DNA of 38,590 nucleotides. It comes from a virus. Lineage: Duplodnaviria > Caudoviricetes. A program made the translations under genes and the position numbers. Where the stretch lies: positions 1 through 38,590 of the IMG/VR virus record IMGVR_UViG_3300033168_000020; one strand, given 5' to 3'. Under the pieces are notes generated by a model. That model saw only the letters and a program-made list of their open reading frames with translations. It ran no database searches and was not told the origin of the DNA. Below, piece after piece: positions 7,861-17,311 of this stretch (position 1 is the stretch's first letter; each line of letters starts with the position of its first letter).

Positions 7861-8666
7861 CAGCGGCTCGAGTAGGTGCCGGTGCGGCTGCTGTACGCCG
7901 GCAGCGCCGCGGACGAGTCGGCGTACGTGTGACCCGGGACCGACACCCGGGAGCCGACCACGGACGGACGGGCGACCTGCGTCAACGGCAGCGACCACGT
8001 CCGCCACGTCTCGGTAGCCTTGTTCACCGGACGCTTCCGGACCACGGCGCCGACGGTGACGTATCGGTCCCCGGTGCCGTACCCGGGCATCTGGATCATG
8101 TAGGGCGCGGGGGAAGCCAGCAGCGCCGTCAGCGCCGTCTCAGCTGCGGGGGACTGGGTCAGCACGTCGATCGTGCCCGTCTCGTACTGGCGGATGTCCT
8201 GCACGACGATCGGGTCGGCGCGGCCGATGACCCGCAGCACACCCTCCGGTATCGGCGCGGTCCAGTCGGGGATTATCACGGTCTTCACGTTCACCGACAG
8301 GCTCGGGGTGCTCAGTGACTTGATCCATGTGGCGAACCCGAAGACAGGGTTGGCAACCGTGATCGCGGCGGCTGCCGATGACGCCAGCAAGGTTCCGGCA
8401 ACGTTGTACGCGGTCGCGACGTAAGACTGGGCGACGCCGAACGGCGCCTCGTGGTCGACACCGACACCGACACCGCCCGGGGTTATGGCACGCGACAGCC
8501 CGCGAACCACCCGCCCGGTCAGGCTGTCGGAAACGGTGACAGTGGACACGCCTGCGTAGGACGCCGCCAACGGCGAACCGGCCGTGGTGAAGTCGACCGC
8601 GACCCGGACCGTCGTCAGATCCGGCAAGATGGTGACGGTGACAACACCATCCGATGATGCGGGCAC
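7860..8666 (-). CDS. Distal tail protein-like
   Basis: First gene after tape measure; DHEAPFGV...Y, VIGRADPIVV.D.R, WSLPLTQVARP. Confidence 0.75.
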   Translation of the reverse strand: MPASSDGVVTVTILPDLTTVRVAVDFTTAGSPLAASYAGVSTVTVSDSLTGRVVRGLSRAITPGGVGVGVDHEAPFGVAQSYVATAYNVAGTLLASSAAAAITVANPVFGFATWIKSLSTPSLSVNVKTVIIPDWTAPIPEGVLRVIGRADPIVVQDIRQYETGTIDVLTQSPAAETALTALLASPAPYMIQMPGYGTGDRYVTVGAVVRKRPVNKATETWRTWSLPLTQVARPSVVGSRVSVPGHTYADSSAALPAYSSRTGTYSSR

Positions 8667-8679
8667 TTAGGTCAGCTCC

Positions 8680-11600
8680 TCATCGGATGGCGACGGACGA
8701 ACCGGCGGCGGCGGTGAGTTGGGCGGCCCGGTCAGCGCGGGCGATCTCCCCGCGCATCGTCCCGATCAGCACACCGGACACGTCATACAGGTGGAACGTG
8801 CCGCCGCCGCTCGTCTCCTGCTCAGCGGTGCGGACCCGCTCCGGCTTCCCGGTGCCGTTCCACGCCGCCGTGAAACCTGGCTGCAGCCAGCCGCCGGAGT
8901 CATACTTCACGAGGCCGCCGTCGCCGTACCCGACGTACCCGGAGCCGGAGGCGACGCCCTTGACGCCGGGAATGTTGTTCGGGCCGCTGTATCGGCGGTC
9001 CGCATAGGTCTTCCAGGCGAGGATCTGGTCGACCGCGCCCATCCAGTTGTTGTAGCCGGGCCACGCATTCGACCGGAACGTGGACTCGATGAACTGCATC
9101 AGGCCCGCCGAAGGGGTCCCGGCCAGCGCGTTGGAGTCCCAGTTGTTGACGACGGACGGGTTGAACCCCGACTCGTTGCGGGCGGTGGTTACCGCGGCCG
9201 CGTAGTAGGGCGCCAGTGCCGCGTTCACCCCGACCGCTTGAGCCCACCAGCCCTCGAACGCCGCAGACCCCTGCCCGCTCGTCGGAACCCCGCCGCCGGA
9301 CGCGCTCGTGCCCGTCACGGCGCCCAGCAGGGACTGCACCTTCTGCGCGATCCCGTCGGCGGCCTTCCCCACCACGCCCTTCGCGAGGTCCGGGAACGCC
9401 CCGGAACCGATCCCGGAGAGCAGGCTGGCGACGAAGCTCTTGATCGCGCCTATCGGGTCGCCGGTGACAGCGGTGGCGACCTGGCCGAGGGTCGTGCCGC
9501 TGAGAGACCCGCCGAGGCCGAGCCCGGACGTAACCGCAGACTTGATCGTGTCCCACACCGACCCGCCGTCTGCGTAGCCGCGGACCAGGCCGCCGTCGGC
9601 GTGCTTGTCCCAGGTGCGCAGCCGCTCCAACAGCACGTCGCCGCCGTCGGCCCGGAGCGCCCTCGTGGCTGCCACCGGCAGAATGAACTCATCCGCCGTC
9701 AGCCACGCCGGAATGTTGTCAGCCCGGTCGTGCGGGGAGTAGCCGCCCACGGGGCCGCCGGCGGCGAACTGCACATGCGGGACGTCGAACTTCGCCGCGC
9801 CCACCTTCTCGGCAACGCTGTTGTACGTGTCGACCAGGCCGGCGAACACGGTGTTGACGACGAACTCGATGGGCGCCTTGGCGGTGTCCCGGATGTCGTT
9901 CCAAGACTTGGTGACGTTCGTACCCATCAAGCTGAACGCGGCCGAGATGTTGTCCCGCACCGTGTTGAAGGTGCCGACCACAGTCTGAGAGATCCAGTCG
10001 ACAATCGGCGACGCGACAGTCTTGATGTCAGTCCACGCCTTCTCTACCGCGCTCCCCAGCGAGGTGAACGCGGCCGAGATGTCGTCCCGCACCGTGTTGA
10101 AGGTGCCGACCACAGTCTGAGAGATCCAGTCGACAACCGTCCGCACCGCGGTCTGGATGCCCGCCCAGACGGGTTCGATCACCTCGTGCCACAGCGACGT
10201 CGCGGAGTCGCCGACAGCCGTCTGCGCGCCCTGGACAGCCGGCGAACCGGTGCCCGTGAACCAGTCGACCACCGTCCGCACTGCGGTCTGGATGCCGTTC
10301 CACACCGGCTCGATGGCGTTGTGCCACAACCACATCGCCCCAGCTTCGATATCCTTCCACACGGTCTGGATCGCCGGCCACGCAGTGCCCGTGAACCAGT
10401 CAACCACCACCCGCACAGCGGTCTGGATGCCGTTCCAGGCGGGCTCGAAGATCGTGTGCCACAGCCACATCAATCCGGGTGCAAGCTCGTTCTGCCAGAT
10501 GATGACGAGCGCCTTGACAGCGAGGACCACCGCGGTGATGGCGATCGCGACGGCGATCTTGATGCCTTCCCACACCGGCTCGAAGATTGTGTGCCACAGC
10601 CACATCAACGCGGACGTGAGGGAGTCCCTGATCCCGTTCGAGACCCCGATGACCTTGTCGCGTATGGCGTCGTTGACCTCGTAGATCTTGCCCTTGATCC
10701 CGTTCCAGACCTCGATGACCTTGTTGCGCATGTCGTCCCAGCGGTCGCTCAAGAACTTCTTGATCCCGTCGCCGACCTCGATGACCTTGGCCCGGATCGC
10801 GTCGTTGTTCTCGACGACTATGCGGACGATGTCGTGCCAGACCTCGAGCACCTTGGCGCGCATGGTGTCGAAGGCTTCGAGTATCTTCCCGCGGAGCATC
10901 ACGCCGGTCTCGGTCAGGTTCGCGACCAGACGGCGGCCGAGCTCGGCGAAGCCCTCCTGCCAACCCTTGCTGAACGCGTCGAAGATGGCGCCCAGCCTGT
11001 TGAAAGCCTCCGTCGCCTGGGGACCCCACTGCTCGGTGAGGTTCGCGACCACCCGGCGGCCGATCTCGGCGAAGCCCTCCCGCCAGCCCTTGGCGAACTG
11101 CCCAAAGATCTGGTTCAGGTTGTCGAAAGCCTCTTTCGCCATCGGTAGGAGCTTGTTGCCGAGCGTGATACCGAGCGCGGAGGCCGCCCCCCTCGCGTCG
11201 TTCATCTTCCCGTTCAGGGTGCCCTGCTGCTCGGCGAACCCGGCGATCTCGTCGCTGCCCTTGTGGACGGCGGCGTTGACCTTGGCAGTGTTTTCCTTGA
11301 ATGTCTCCAGGCTGACCCCACCAAGCTGCAGGAACGCTTGGAGGGACTTGACCCCGCCGGTCATGTCCGCGAGCGCACCGAACGTGGTTCGCATGTTCGG
11401 TGGCAGCTTGCCCAGCATGTTGTTGTAGTCCTGCGTCGAACCCAGCGTCTTCTTGAAGGTCTCAATGGCAACCAGGCCGGAGGGGGCCAGGTGGGTGGTG
11501 ATCCCCTTCTGGACCATCTCGATCGTGGACGCGAGACCGTTCTTGCCCAGGTTCAGGCCGAGTACGTTCGCATCAATCCCAAGGCCCTTCATCGCGGCGC

Positions 11601-12321
11601 GGGCCTTCGCCGTCGGCGCCTCGAACTGGCCGATCATCTGCCGCAGATAAGTACCGGACTTCGCCGCGTCGGTGCCGTGCGATGTCATCGTCGCGATCGC
11701 GGCCGTCAGCTCGCCCAGACCGACGCCCGCCGTTGCGCCGGCGGCGCCGACGTTCGGCAGTGCCGCGGACATCTGCTGGAAGGTGACCATGCCGGCGCTG
11801 GTAGCAGCGGTCAGGACGTTCGTGACGTCGGCGGCAGAGTAACCGGCGCCCTTGTAGTCGTTCATCGCGGACACGACGGCCTTCGACACGTCCGTCAGGT
11901 CCGCGCCTTCAATTCGGGCGCCCTTCGCCGCGGCCTCCATGACCTTCAGGCCCTCAGCGCCGTGGTACCCGCCCGACTCGACCGTGTACATGCCCTTGGC
12001 GAGCTCGGTCGCGGTGAAGCCCACGTCGCCGGCCATCTTCAGCAGCCCGTCACCTACCATCGTGAGGTTGGCCTTAGACTCCCCAGCGGTGGTGACCAGC
12101 TTGGTCATCGCGGTCTCGAAGTCCGCGGCCATCTTGACCGACTCGACAGCGATGCCCCCCGCAATCGCTGCCACGCCGACCAGACCGGCCGCCAGCCGCC
12201 TATGGGCCGACTCCGTGGACACGCCCATTCCCTCCGCGGAGGCCCCGACCCTCTCGAACACCCGCGACGCGTGGTCGATCGCGATCAGGTCCCAGACGAG
12301 GGACATGGCGTTAGCCGGCAT
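8680..12321 (-). CDS. Tape measure protein with C-terminal lytic transglycosylase domain
   Basis: 1213 aa; TP901-type N-terminus (AADFETAM...), Trp-periodic repeats, ESGFNPSVVNNWDSNA..GTPSAGLMQFI SLT motif. Confidence 0.95.
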   Translation of the reverse strand: MPANAMSLVWDLIAIDHASRVFERVGASAEGMGVSTESAHRRLAAGLVGVAAIAGGIAVESVKMAADFETAMTKLVTTAGESKANLTMVGDGLLKMAGDVGFTATELAKGMYTVESGGYHGAEGLKVMEAAAKGARIEGADLTDVSKAVVSAMNDYKGAGYSAADVTNVLTAATSAGMVTFQQMSAALPNVGAAGATAGVGLGELTAAIATMTSHGTDAAKSGTYLRQMIGQFEAPTAKARAAMKGLGIDANVLGLNLGKNGLASTIEMVQKGITTHLAPSGLVAIETFKKTLGSTQDYNNMLGKLPPNMRTTFGALADMTGGVKSLQAFLQLGGVSLETFKENTAKVNAAVHKGSDEIAGFAEQQGTLNGKMNDARGAASALGITLGNKLLPMAKEAFDNLNQIFGQFAKGWREGFAEIGRRVVANLTEQWGPQATEAFNRLGAIFDAFSKGWQEGFAELGRRLVANLTETGVMLRGKILEAFDTMRAKVLEVWHDIVRIVVENNDAIRAKVIEVGDGIKKFLSDRWDDMRNKVIEVWNGIKGKIYEVNDAIRDKVIGVSNGIRDSLTSALMWLWHTIFEPVWEGIKIAVAIAITAVVLAVKALVIIWQNELAPGLMWLWHTIFEPAWNGIQTAVRVVVDWFTGTAWPAIQTVWKDIEAGAMWLWHNAIEPVWNGIQTAVRTVVDWFTGTGSPAVQGAQTAVGDSATSLWHEVIEPVWAGIQTAVRTVVDWISQTVVGTFNTVRDDISAAFTSLGSAVEKAWTDIKTVASPIVDWISQTVVGTFNTVRDNISAAFSLMGTNVTKSWNDIRDTAKAPIEFVVNTVFAGLVDTYNSVAEKVGAAKFDVPHVQFAAGGPVGGYSPHDRADNIPAWLTADEFILPVAATRALRADGGDVLLERLRTWDKHADGGLVRGYADGGSVWDTIKSAVTSGLGLGGSLSGTTLGQVATAVTGDPIGAIKSFVASLLSGIGSGAFPDLAKGVVGKAADGIAQKVQSLLGAVTGTSASGGGVPTSGQGSAAFEGWWAQAVGVNAALAPYYAAAVTTARNESGFNPSVVNNWDSNALAGTPSAGLMQFIESTFRSNAWPGYNNWMGAVDQILAWKTYADRRYSGPNNIPGVKGVASGSGYVGYGDGGLVKYDSGGWLQPGFTAAWNGTGKPERVRTAEQETSGGGTFHLYDVSGVLIGTMRGEIARADRAAQLTAAAGSSVAIR
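9933..10136. repeat. 72-bp near-identical repeat at 132-bp period within tape measure
   Basis: 9933-10004 vs 10065-10136, one mismatch; encodes VDWISQTVVGTFNTVRDxISAAF. Confidence 0.85.
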
Positions 12322-12761
12322 CAGAACCCCCGTGCGCGGACGCTAATGGCGACCATCTCCAGCACCGCGAGCATCTCGGCCCGCGCCGCAGGCGTGTCCT
12401 TCTCCGCGGTCTTGTCGAACCAGCCCTTAGCCGGGGCGTACGACTGCGTCACCCAGCCTTGCCCGAACACGGGGTGCCGCCAGGAACCCGAGTTGGTCCG
12501 CGTGTACTTGGCCCGGATGCTGACCCCGGCGGAGGCGCCGGTCGTGCGGACCGACATCTTGATGGGCTGGCCCGCAACGCGAGCGGCCAGACCGCCACGC
12601 TTCGGCAGATCCGCGGCCGCGGCGACCTTCAAGTCGTCGACAACCGGCTTCCCCGCCGCCTTCAGCGCGCGGACCATCTGCAGCTTGATCCCACCCGCGC
12701 CGGCAGCCTTCAACCGCGCCGACAGTGCGGCCAGCTCGGCGGACCCGTTGCCAACTATCAC
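12321..12761 (-). CDS. Tail-associated protein (HK97 gp10-like)
   Basis: Basic 146 aa, RHPVFG..WVTQ...GWF; overlaps both neighbours. Confidence 0.55.
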   Translation of the reverse strand: MIVGNGSAELAALSARLKAAGAGGIKLQMVRALKAAGKPVVDDLKVAAAADLPKRGGLAARVAGQPIKMSVRTTGASAGVSIRAKYTRTNSGSWRHPVFGQGWVTQSYAPAKGWFDKTAEKDTPAARAEMLAVLEMVAISVRARGF

Positions 12762-13150
12762 GTGCCCACCTGCTTCCGGATTCGCTGGATGAGTGGGTCC
12801 GCGACAGAACCCGGTTCGGCGTAGACGTGGTCGTGGAACGCCGCCAGCGACGCTTCCACGTCCAGCGGTTCATAGTTCTCGGCGCCGCTCGCCGCAGCCG
12901 CTGCCAGCAGCGCCTGCCGGTCGCCGAGGACAACCCGCTCGGCCCGCTCCAGCATGAGGACGTATGCGATGTCGCACACGTCCCGCAGGCTCAGGCCGAG
13001 ATCAGTCCAGACCGTCGTGCTGCCAGGACCACGTCCGGTCGCACCGGAGTCTGCTCGGGCAGTGACGTAACCGAAGCGACGCGCGGCGACGGTGACTTCG
13101 ACTCGGTGTTCGTCAGCCCATCCGAAGATTCGGAGGGCTGCCCAGTAGGG
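12758..13150 (-). CDS. Tail assembly chaperone, -1 frameshift extension (gpGT-like)
   Basis: -1 frame open from TGA at 13166-13168 to 12758: PYWAALRIFGWADEH...LRDVCDIAYVLML. Confidence 0.65.
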   Translation of the reverse strand, partial: PYWAALRIFGWADEHRVEVTVAARRFGYVTARADSGATGRGPGSTTVWTDLGLSLRDVCDIAYVLMLERAERVVLGDRQALLAAAAASGAENYEPLDVEASLAAFHDHVYAEPGSVADPLIQRIRKQVGT

Positions 13151-13410
13151 CGGTCCGCCAACGCCTCAAACACGGCGTTGACCACGACCAGCAGCTCGTC
13201 CTCTTCCTCGATGTCGGACGCCATCTTGACGAACCGGGGCCACTCGTCCTTGCGGAGCGCACCCTGGAGCAGGTCCAGCATCGCGGCGAGCTGGTCCATC
13301 TGCGTTGTGTCGCTCGAGTCGCGGGTGGCGCGGGCGAACGACATCGTGATGAACGGCGGAACCTTCGACCGCAGTTGGAACGTCTCGCCGTTTAGCTCAA
13401 CCGAGGCCAT
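12991..13410 (-). CDS. Tail assembly chaperone (gpG-like)
   Basis: Follows major tail protein; ...ALADRPT then Ser-rich tail. Confidence 0.8.
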   Translation of the reverse strand: MASVELNGETFQLRSKVPPFITMSFARATRDSSDTTQMDQLAAMLDLLQGALRKDEWPRFVKMASDIEEEDELLVVVNAVFEALADRPTGQPSESSDGLTNTESKSPSPRVASVTSLPEQTPVRPDVVLAARRSGLISA

Positions 13411-14000
13411 CAGGCCCTACCAGCGCTGGCGAACCACATGCGGGACGCCTGGTTGTACGTGGGCGAGATTTCGCCGTTGCCGGACCACGGCAGCGTCGTC
13501 GTCGCGGGCACCTTGACGAACCCCATCTTGACCGAGCCGGAGTTCAGGACCTGGAACGCGACCCAGCGCACCGTGCTGTCGGCGGACTCCCAGCCGATCA
13601 TGGACCGGGTTTCGTTCCCGAGCTGGGGCGGGTCGACCTGGGTCGAGGTAGTCGCACCGGTCCCGGTAACAGTGGTCACCGCGCCGTTCAAGGTCCGGGC
13701 TAGGTTCGTGGCGGTAAACCCCTTCAGCGCGAACATGACCTGCGTGGTCCGGTCGGTGGACCGGTACGCCAGCGGCTCAAGACGCTCGGCGGCCATGATC
13801 GGGGATGCGGTGAGCTGCAGGGTCAGGTCCGACCCGGTCTCGGTCATGCCGAGGGCCACCCACGGGCCGGCGGTGGCCCAAAGGTCGATGTACGCGCCAC
13901 CGGCAGCGGTGTTCGCGGGTAGCGCGGTGCCGATGGGCGCCCAGTAGAGCACGCCGGGGTCGGCCAGATAGTTCGGGACAGGCAGGACGGGGTTAGCCAT
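13410..14000 (-). CDS. Major tail protein
   Basis: PGVLYWAPIGTALP...WVALGMTETG motif; position before chaperone. Confidence 0.85.
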   Translation of the reverse strand: MANPVLPVPNYLADPGVLYWAPIGTALPANTAAGGAYIDLWATAGPWVALGMTETGSDLTLQLTASPIMAAERLEPLAYRSTDRTTQVMFALKGFTATNLARTLNGAVTTVTGTGATTSTQVDPPQLGNETRSMIGWESADSTVRWVAFQVLNSGSVKMGFVKVPATTTLPWSGNGEISPTYNQASRMWFASAGRA

Positions 14001-14023
14001 GACGGCGGCCTTTCAGGGGATGG

Positions 14024-14056
14024 AAAAACCCTCGGACCCGGGCGGGTCAGAGGGTT
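14024..14056 (-). terminator. Putative intrinsic terminator upstream of major tail gene
   Basis: Minus strand AACCCTC-T-GACCCG-CC-CGGGTC-C-GAGGGTT running into TTTTT. Confidence 0.55.
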
Positions 14057-14081
14057 GACGGGAGGGTGGAGCGGGGCGGTG

Positions 14082-14375
14082 CTACTTCTTCTTCTTGGGG
14101 TCGCCATCGACGGTCTGACCCGTCGGGGCCGCGACATACGCCGCCGGGGCGGGGTCCACCGCCGGCTGGTCCGAGGGCCGCACCAGACCCTGCGACTTCA
14201 GGTCGTACTTCTCGACGTGCTGCACAGGCACGTCGTGCCCGGGCGCGAACGCGAGGACACCGTCGAGGAAAATGGGAGCGTTGGCGGTCCAGTGCCCCCA
14301 CTGCGCGTTCTCCGCGTCCACGACCTCCTGCTCGGCAGCGGTCAGGGACGGCGTGGGGGTGTCAGTTTCAGCCAT
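14082..14375 (-). CDS. Hypothetical protein, head-tail region
   Basis: 97 aa with RBS AAGGAG. Confidence 0.7.
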   Translation of the reverse strand: MAETDTPTPSLTAAEQEVVDAENAQWGHWTANAPIFLDGVLAFAPGHDVPVQHVEKYDLKSQGLVRPSDQPAVDPAPAAYVAAPTGQTVDGDPKKKK

Positions 14376-14389
14376 GACAAGGATCTCCT

Positions 14390-14839
14390 TCAGAGGGTGG
14401 TGGTGGTGTACCTGAGCGTGTGAATCAGCGCGGTGGCGGTGCCGCCCGCGTTGCTGATCGAGTGGACCTCGACCAACGTCTCGGCCATCCCGTTGGGGGA
14501 CAGCGTCTTGCCGAGGGTGTGGTCCGAGCGGATCACCCGGTCCAGGGCGTCGGCGATGACGAACGCCTCCCCCTGTGCTATCGCCGGGTCGGAATCCCCG
14601 ACCTGCGCGACGATCTCGGAACGGACCTCACCCGCCTCGTCCCACTGGAAACCGTCCGGGGACTGGATCAGCTGGTACGAACCGCCGTGGTCGTCAGTGA
14701 CGAACCCGACCGTCACATACCGCTCCGGCTGCTCCCCCGTCTCCGGCGGACCCGCGTAGACGGACACGCCTGACATGCCGGGCAGGGTGGGGATCGTCGC
14801 AACCAGCCACGCTTTCACCTGCGGCCACTGAGCGGCCAC
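14390..14839 (-). CDS. Tail terminator / completion protein
   Basis: Position and VYAGPP...VTVG...IRSDHTLG pattern. Confidence 0.65.
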   Translation of the reverse strand: MAAQWPQVKAWLVATIPTLPGMSGVSVYAGPPETGEQPERYVTVGFVTDDHGGSYQLIQSPDGFQWDEAGEVRSEIVAQVGDSDPAIAQGEAFVIADALDRVIRSDHTLGKTLSPNGMAETLVEVHSISNAGGTATALIHTLRYTTTTL

Positions 14840-14840
14840 G

Positions 14841-15416
14841 TCACGCCACCCCAGGCGGCGCGAGGTACGGCAGCAGCAGCTCCATCACCTCGGGGGCGAG
14901 GAACCCGACGTCCCCGCTGTACGACGGGGGCGGCGCGTCGCCGCCACCACCAGCCATCGGCATCGACCCGCGTTCCGCCTCCCACATGTCGGCGACCTGC
15001 ATAAGGATGGCGCGGTTCACCGGCGCCGGGACGGCGGTCCGGCCTGCGGTGTAGGTGATCGTGAACACCGACCCGGAACCGAAGAACGGCATGCTCCCGC
15101 CCACCAGGAGCCGGCGCAGGACACCCGTCTCCGAGTTGACCTGCCACGCCGCCGTGTCATCAGTCGCGTCGGCACCCAGCCACTGCTGGATCATCACCGA
15201 CTGCACCGACTGCACCGGCGTCCGAGCCAGCACAATCCTCGGGCCGTGATAGTCCACGACCTCCGTATAAGACGCCTGCGTGACAGGGCCGATGATGTCC
15301 GCGACCGCAGCGACCGCGTCGTCGAGGAAACCGCCGAGCTTCACGTCGTCCGTGCCGGACTTGATCCGCAGATAGCTCTTGGCGTCGGCGAGGACGACGA
15401 GCGGACCTGCTGGCAT
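14841..15416 (-). CDS. Head-to-tail adaptor (gp6-like)
   Basis: VVLADAKSYLRI...DD...TITYTAGR..VP..VNRAIL..VA..WE. Confidence 0.85.
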   Translation of the reverse strand: MPAGPLVVLADAKSYLRIKSGTDDVKLGGFLDDAVAAVADIIGPVTQASYTEVVDYHGPRIVLARTPVQSVQSVMIQQWLGADATDDTAAWQVNSETGVLRRLLVGGSMPFFGSGSVFTITYTAGRTAVPAPVNRAILMQVADMWEAERGSMPMAGGGGDAPPPSYSGDVGFLAPEVMELLLPYLAPPGVA

Positions 15417-15443
15417 CGCGTGTCCTTCCGCAAGAGGTCCCGA

Positions 15444-15480
15444 GCCGTCCCCGCGCCCCCTGACGGATGGCGGGGACGGC
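15444..15480. terminator. GC-rich hairpin downstream of capsid genes
   Basis: GCCGTCCCCGC/GCGGGGACGGC 11-bp stem; no clear U tract. Confidence 0.4.
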
Positions 15481-15491
15481 CCGGAATGGGG

Positions 15492-15755
15492 CTACTTCTT
15501 GGTGTCCGACGCGCGCGGCGCGGCGGCGTTCTGCAGCTTCCGCTGCTCCACCGCTGACTCCGGCACCGACAGGTCCGACTTGCGCTCGAGGCCGTACTTC
15601 TCCTCGTGCTCGACGGACAACAGGACACCGTCTCGCTCCGGCTCCGGGTCAGCCGTCGCCAGGTGGTGCAGCCGGTGCGCCTCCGCGACCGGGTCATCGA
15701 CCAGATCGGAAACGAGCTGGCCCTCTTCGTCAATGCTCTTGGCGTGAGTCGCCAT
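15492..15755 (-). CDS. Hypothetical protein after major capsid
   Basis: 87 aa with RBS AGGAG. Confidence 0.65.
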   Translation of the reverse strand: MATHAKSIDEEGQLVSDLVDDPVAEAHRLHHLATADPEPERDGVLLSVEHEEKYGLERKSDLSVPESAVEQRKLQNAAAPRASDTKK

Positions 15756-15785
15756 GTCATGCTCCTATCTCGGTGTGTTGAAGGC

Positions 15786-17156
15786 CTAGAACGCAGGAGG
15801 CGTGAGACCGGGCCCGTTCATCGTCGCGATCGAGGCGTTCAGCCGGTTGAGGATCAGCCCGGCGTAGTTGTAGAGCCGGAACAGCACGCCCAGGCTCTCG
15901 GCGTAGGGCGCGGTGAACGCTTGCGCCGTCGGGGTGGACTCGAACAGCCACAGGTCGTCCCGCTTGAGGAGGAACACCACGTCCTGGTTGGTCCCGACGC
16001 CGAGGTTGGTCGGGATGTTCGGGTCGATCACAACCGGCAGCGACAGGAACCGGCCCACTGCACCCTGAACGCCAACCGAGTCGTTCGTCGCCATCGGGTT
16101 GAACGCAACATCGGCCGGGACAACCAGCGGGCGGCCCTGGGCGTCGAAGAGGGACATGAGCCAGAACCAGCGTCGCGGGTGCATCAGCCACACGTCGGGC
16201 TGGGCGTACCGGTTGGTGACGAACGACGACAGCATGCCGTTGGCCTTGCTGTAGAACGTTGCCGCCGTGGGGGTCGCCGCGAGGGTGGCCTGGTTCGCGG
16301 CGATGGTCGGGGCGTTGATGAGACCGTTGAGCACGCTGTTGTTGTTCGCGCCCGTACCCGCACCGAGGATGACCTGCGTACCGAAGAACGCGTTGTACGC
16401 CTGAGCCAGGTCGGCGGTGATCACCTCATCCAGTGCGAGCGCCGACTGGTCGAGCAGCTGCTGCGACACGACGGCCTTGCCCAGGATCGTGGTGAACCCG
16501 GTCGAGACGTAGGACGTGGTGATGTCCGTCGTGGCAACGGTGGAGTTCTGGGTGGTCTGAACGGCCACCGACGTGCCGCCGGTCAGCTTCGGGATGTTGA
16601 CCGAGGACTCCCCGTTGGGAACGGGTGCAGACTTGAACAGGTCGGCGGTCGCACGCCCGGGGCGCAGGAGGTTGATCCACTCGTTGACCAGCCACGCCGG
16701 GGGCGCGAACTCGCCACCTGAGCCGCCGGTGGCGTTGGTGTTACCGATGGCGCGCTGTTCGTCGGCGACCATCTTGCTGGTGCGCACGAGCCGGTCAGTG
16801 GCCTCGCGCGCCTTGGACGTGCCCGCCGCTCGATGGCCGAGGTCCTGCCAGTAGGAATGCCCCGTCGCGCCACTCTGGACGTACACGGGCGGGTCGGTGA
16901 CCTTCGTGCCACTGGTTACGCCGCCCTCGCCGGCTGCAACGCGGGCCTGCGCGGCGCGGGCCTCAGCGGCCTCCGACGCGTCGATCTCGAGGAGCCGGTT
17001 GTCGGCCTCCCGCAGTTCGCCGAGGAGCTTGTCGAAGGTCGACGTCTCCTCGGGGCTGAAGTTCTTGTCGTCGCGGGATTCGGCTCCGGCCACGAGCGCG
17101 TCGAGCTGCGCCTTGATGGCCTTCCGCCGCTCCTGCATGTTCTCGGAGAGGGACAT
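15786..17156 (-). CDS. Major capsid protein, HK97 family (with N-terminal coiled scaffolding domain)
   Basis: GGEFAPP..L...I..LR, S.QLLDQS, WLMHPR.W, DAQGRPL, LPVVIDPNIP. Confidence 0.93.
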   Translation of the reverse strand: MSLSENMQERRKAIKAQLDALVAGAESRDDKNFSPEETSTFDKLLGELREADNRLLEIDASEAAEARAAQARVAAGEGGVTSGTKVTDPPVYVQSGATGHSYWQDLGHRAAGTSKAREATDRLVRTSKMVADEQRAIGNTNATGGSGGEFAPPAWLVNEWINLLRPGRATADLFKSAPVPNGESSVNIPKLTGGTSVAVQTTQNSTVATTDITTSYVSTGFTTILGKAVVSQQLLDQSALALDEVITADLAQAYNAFFGTQVILGAGTGANNNSVLNGLINAPTIAANQATLAATPTAATFYSKANGMLSSFVTNRYAQPDVWLMHPRRWFWLMSLFDAQGRPLVVPADVAFNPMATNDSVGVQGAVGRFLSLPVVIDPNIPTNLGVGTNQDVVFLLKRDDLWLFESTPTAQAFTAPYAESLGVLFRLYNYAGLILNRLNASIATMNGPGLTPPAF

Positions 17157-17311
17157 GGCGAAGCACCCCTTTCAGGGGTTGAAAAATCGGATGGGTTGGC
17201 CGCGTTCAGGTGGCGTCGCCGCGTGCCGTATGAATAGGCGGGTCGGGTTAGCCGGGCTGCGAGCGGTACTGCAAACCCGCGTCGACGCGGGTGGCTTGTG
17301 GTGGTGCGGGT

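Noticed and set aside
9933-10136. Repeat pair as DGR template/variable region
   Set aside because: Both copies are in-frame tape-measure repeats and there is no reverse transcriptase
8719-12792. Long plus-strand ORFs (809 aa, 509 aa) and similar ones elsewhere
   Set aside because: Antisense shadows of real genes, expected in high-GC DNA
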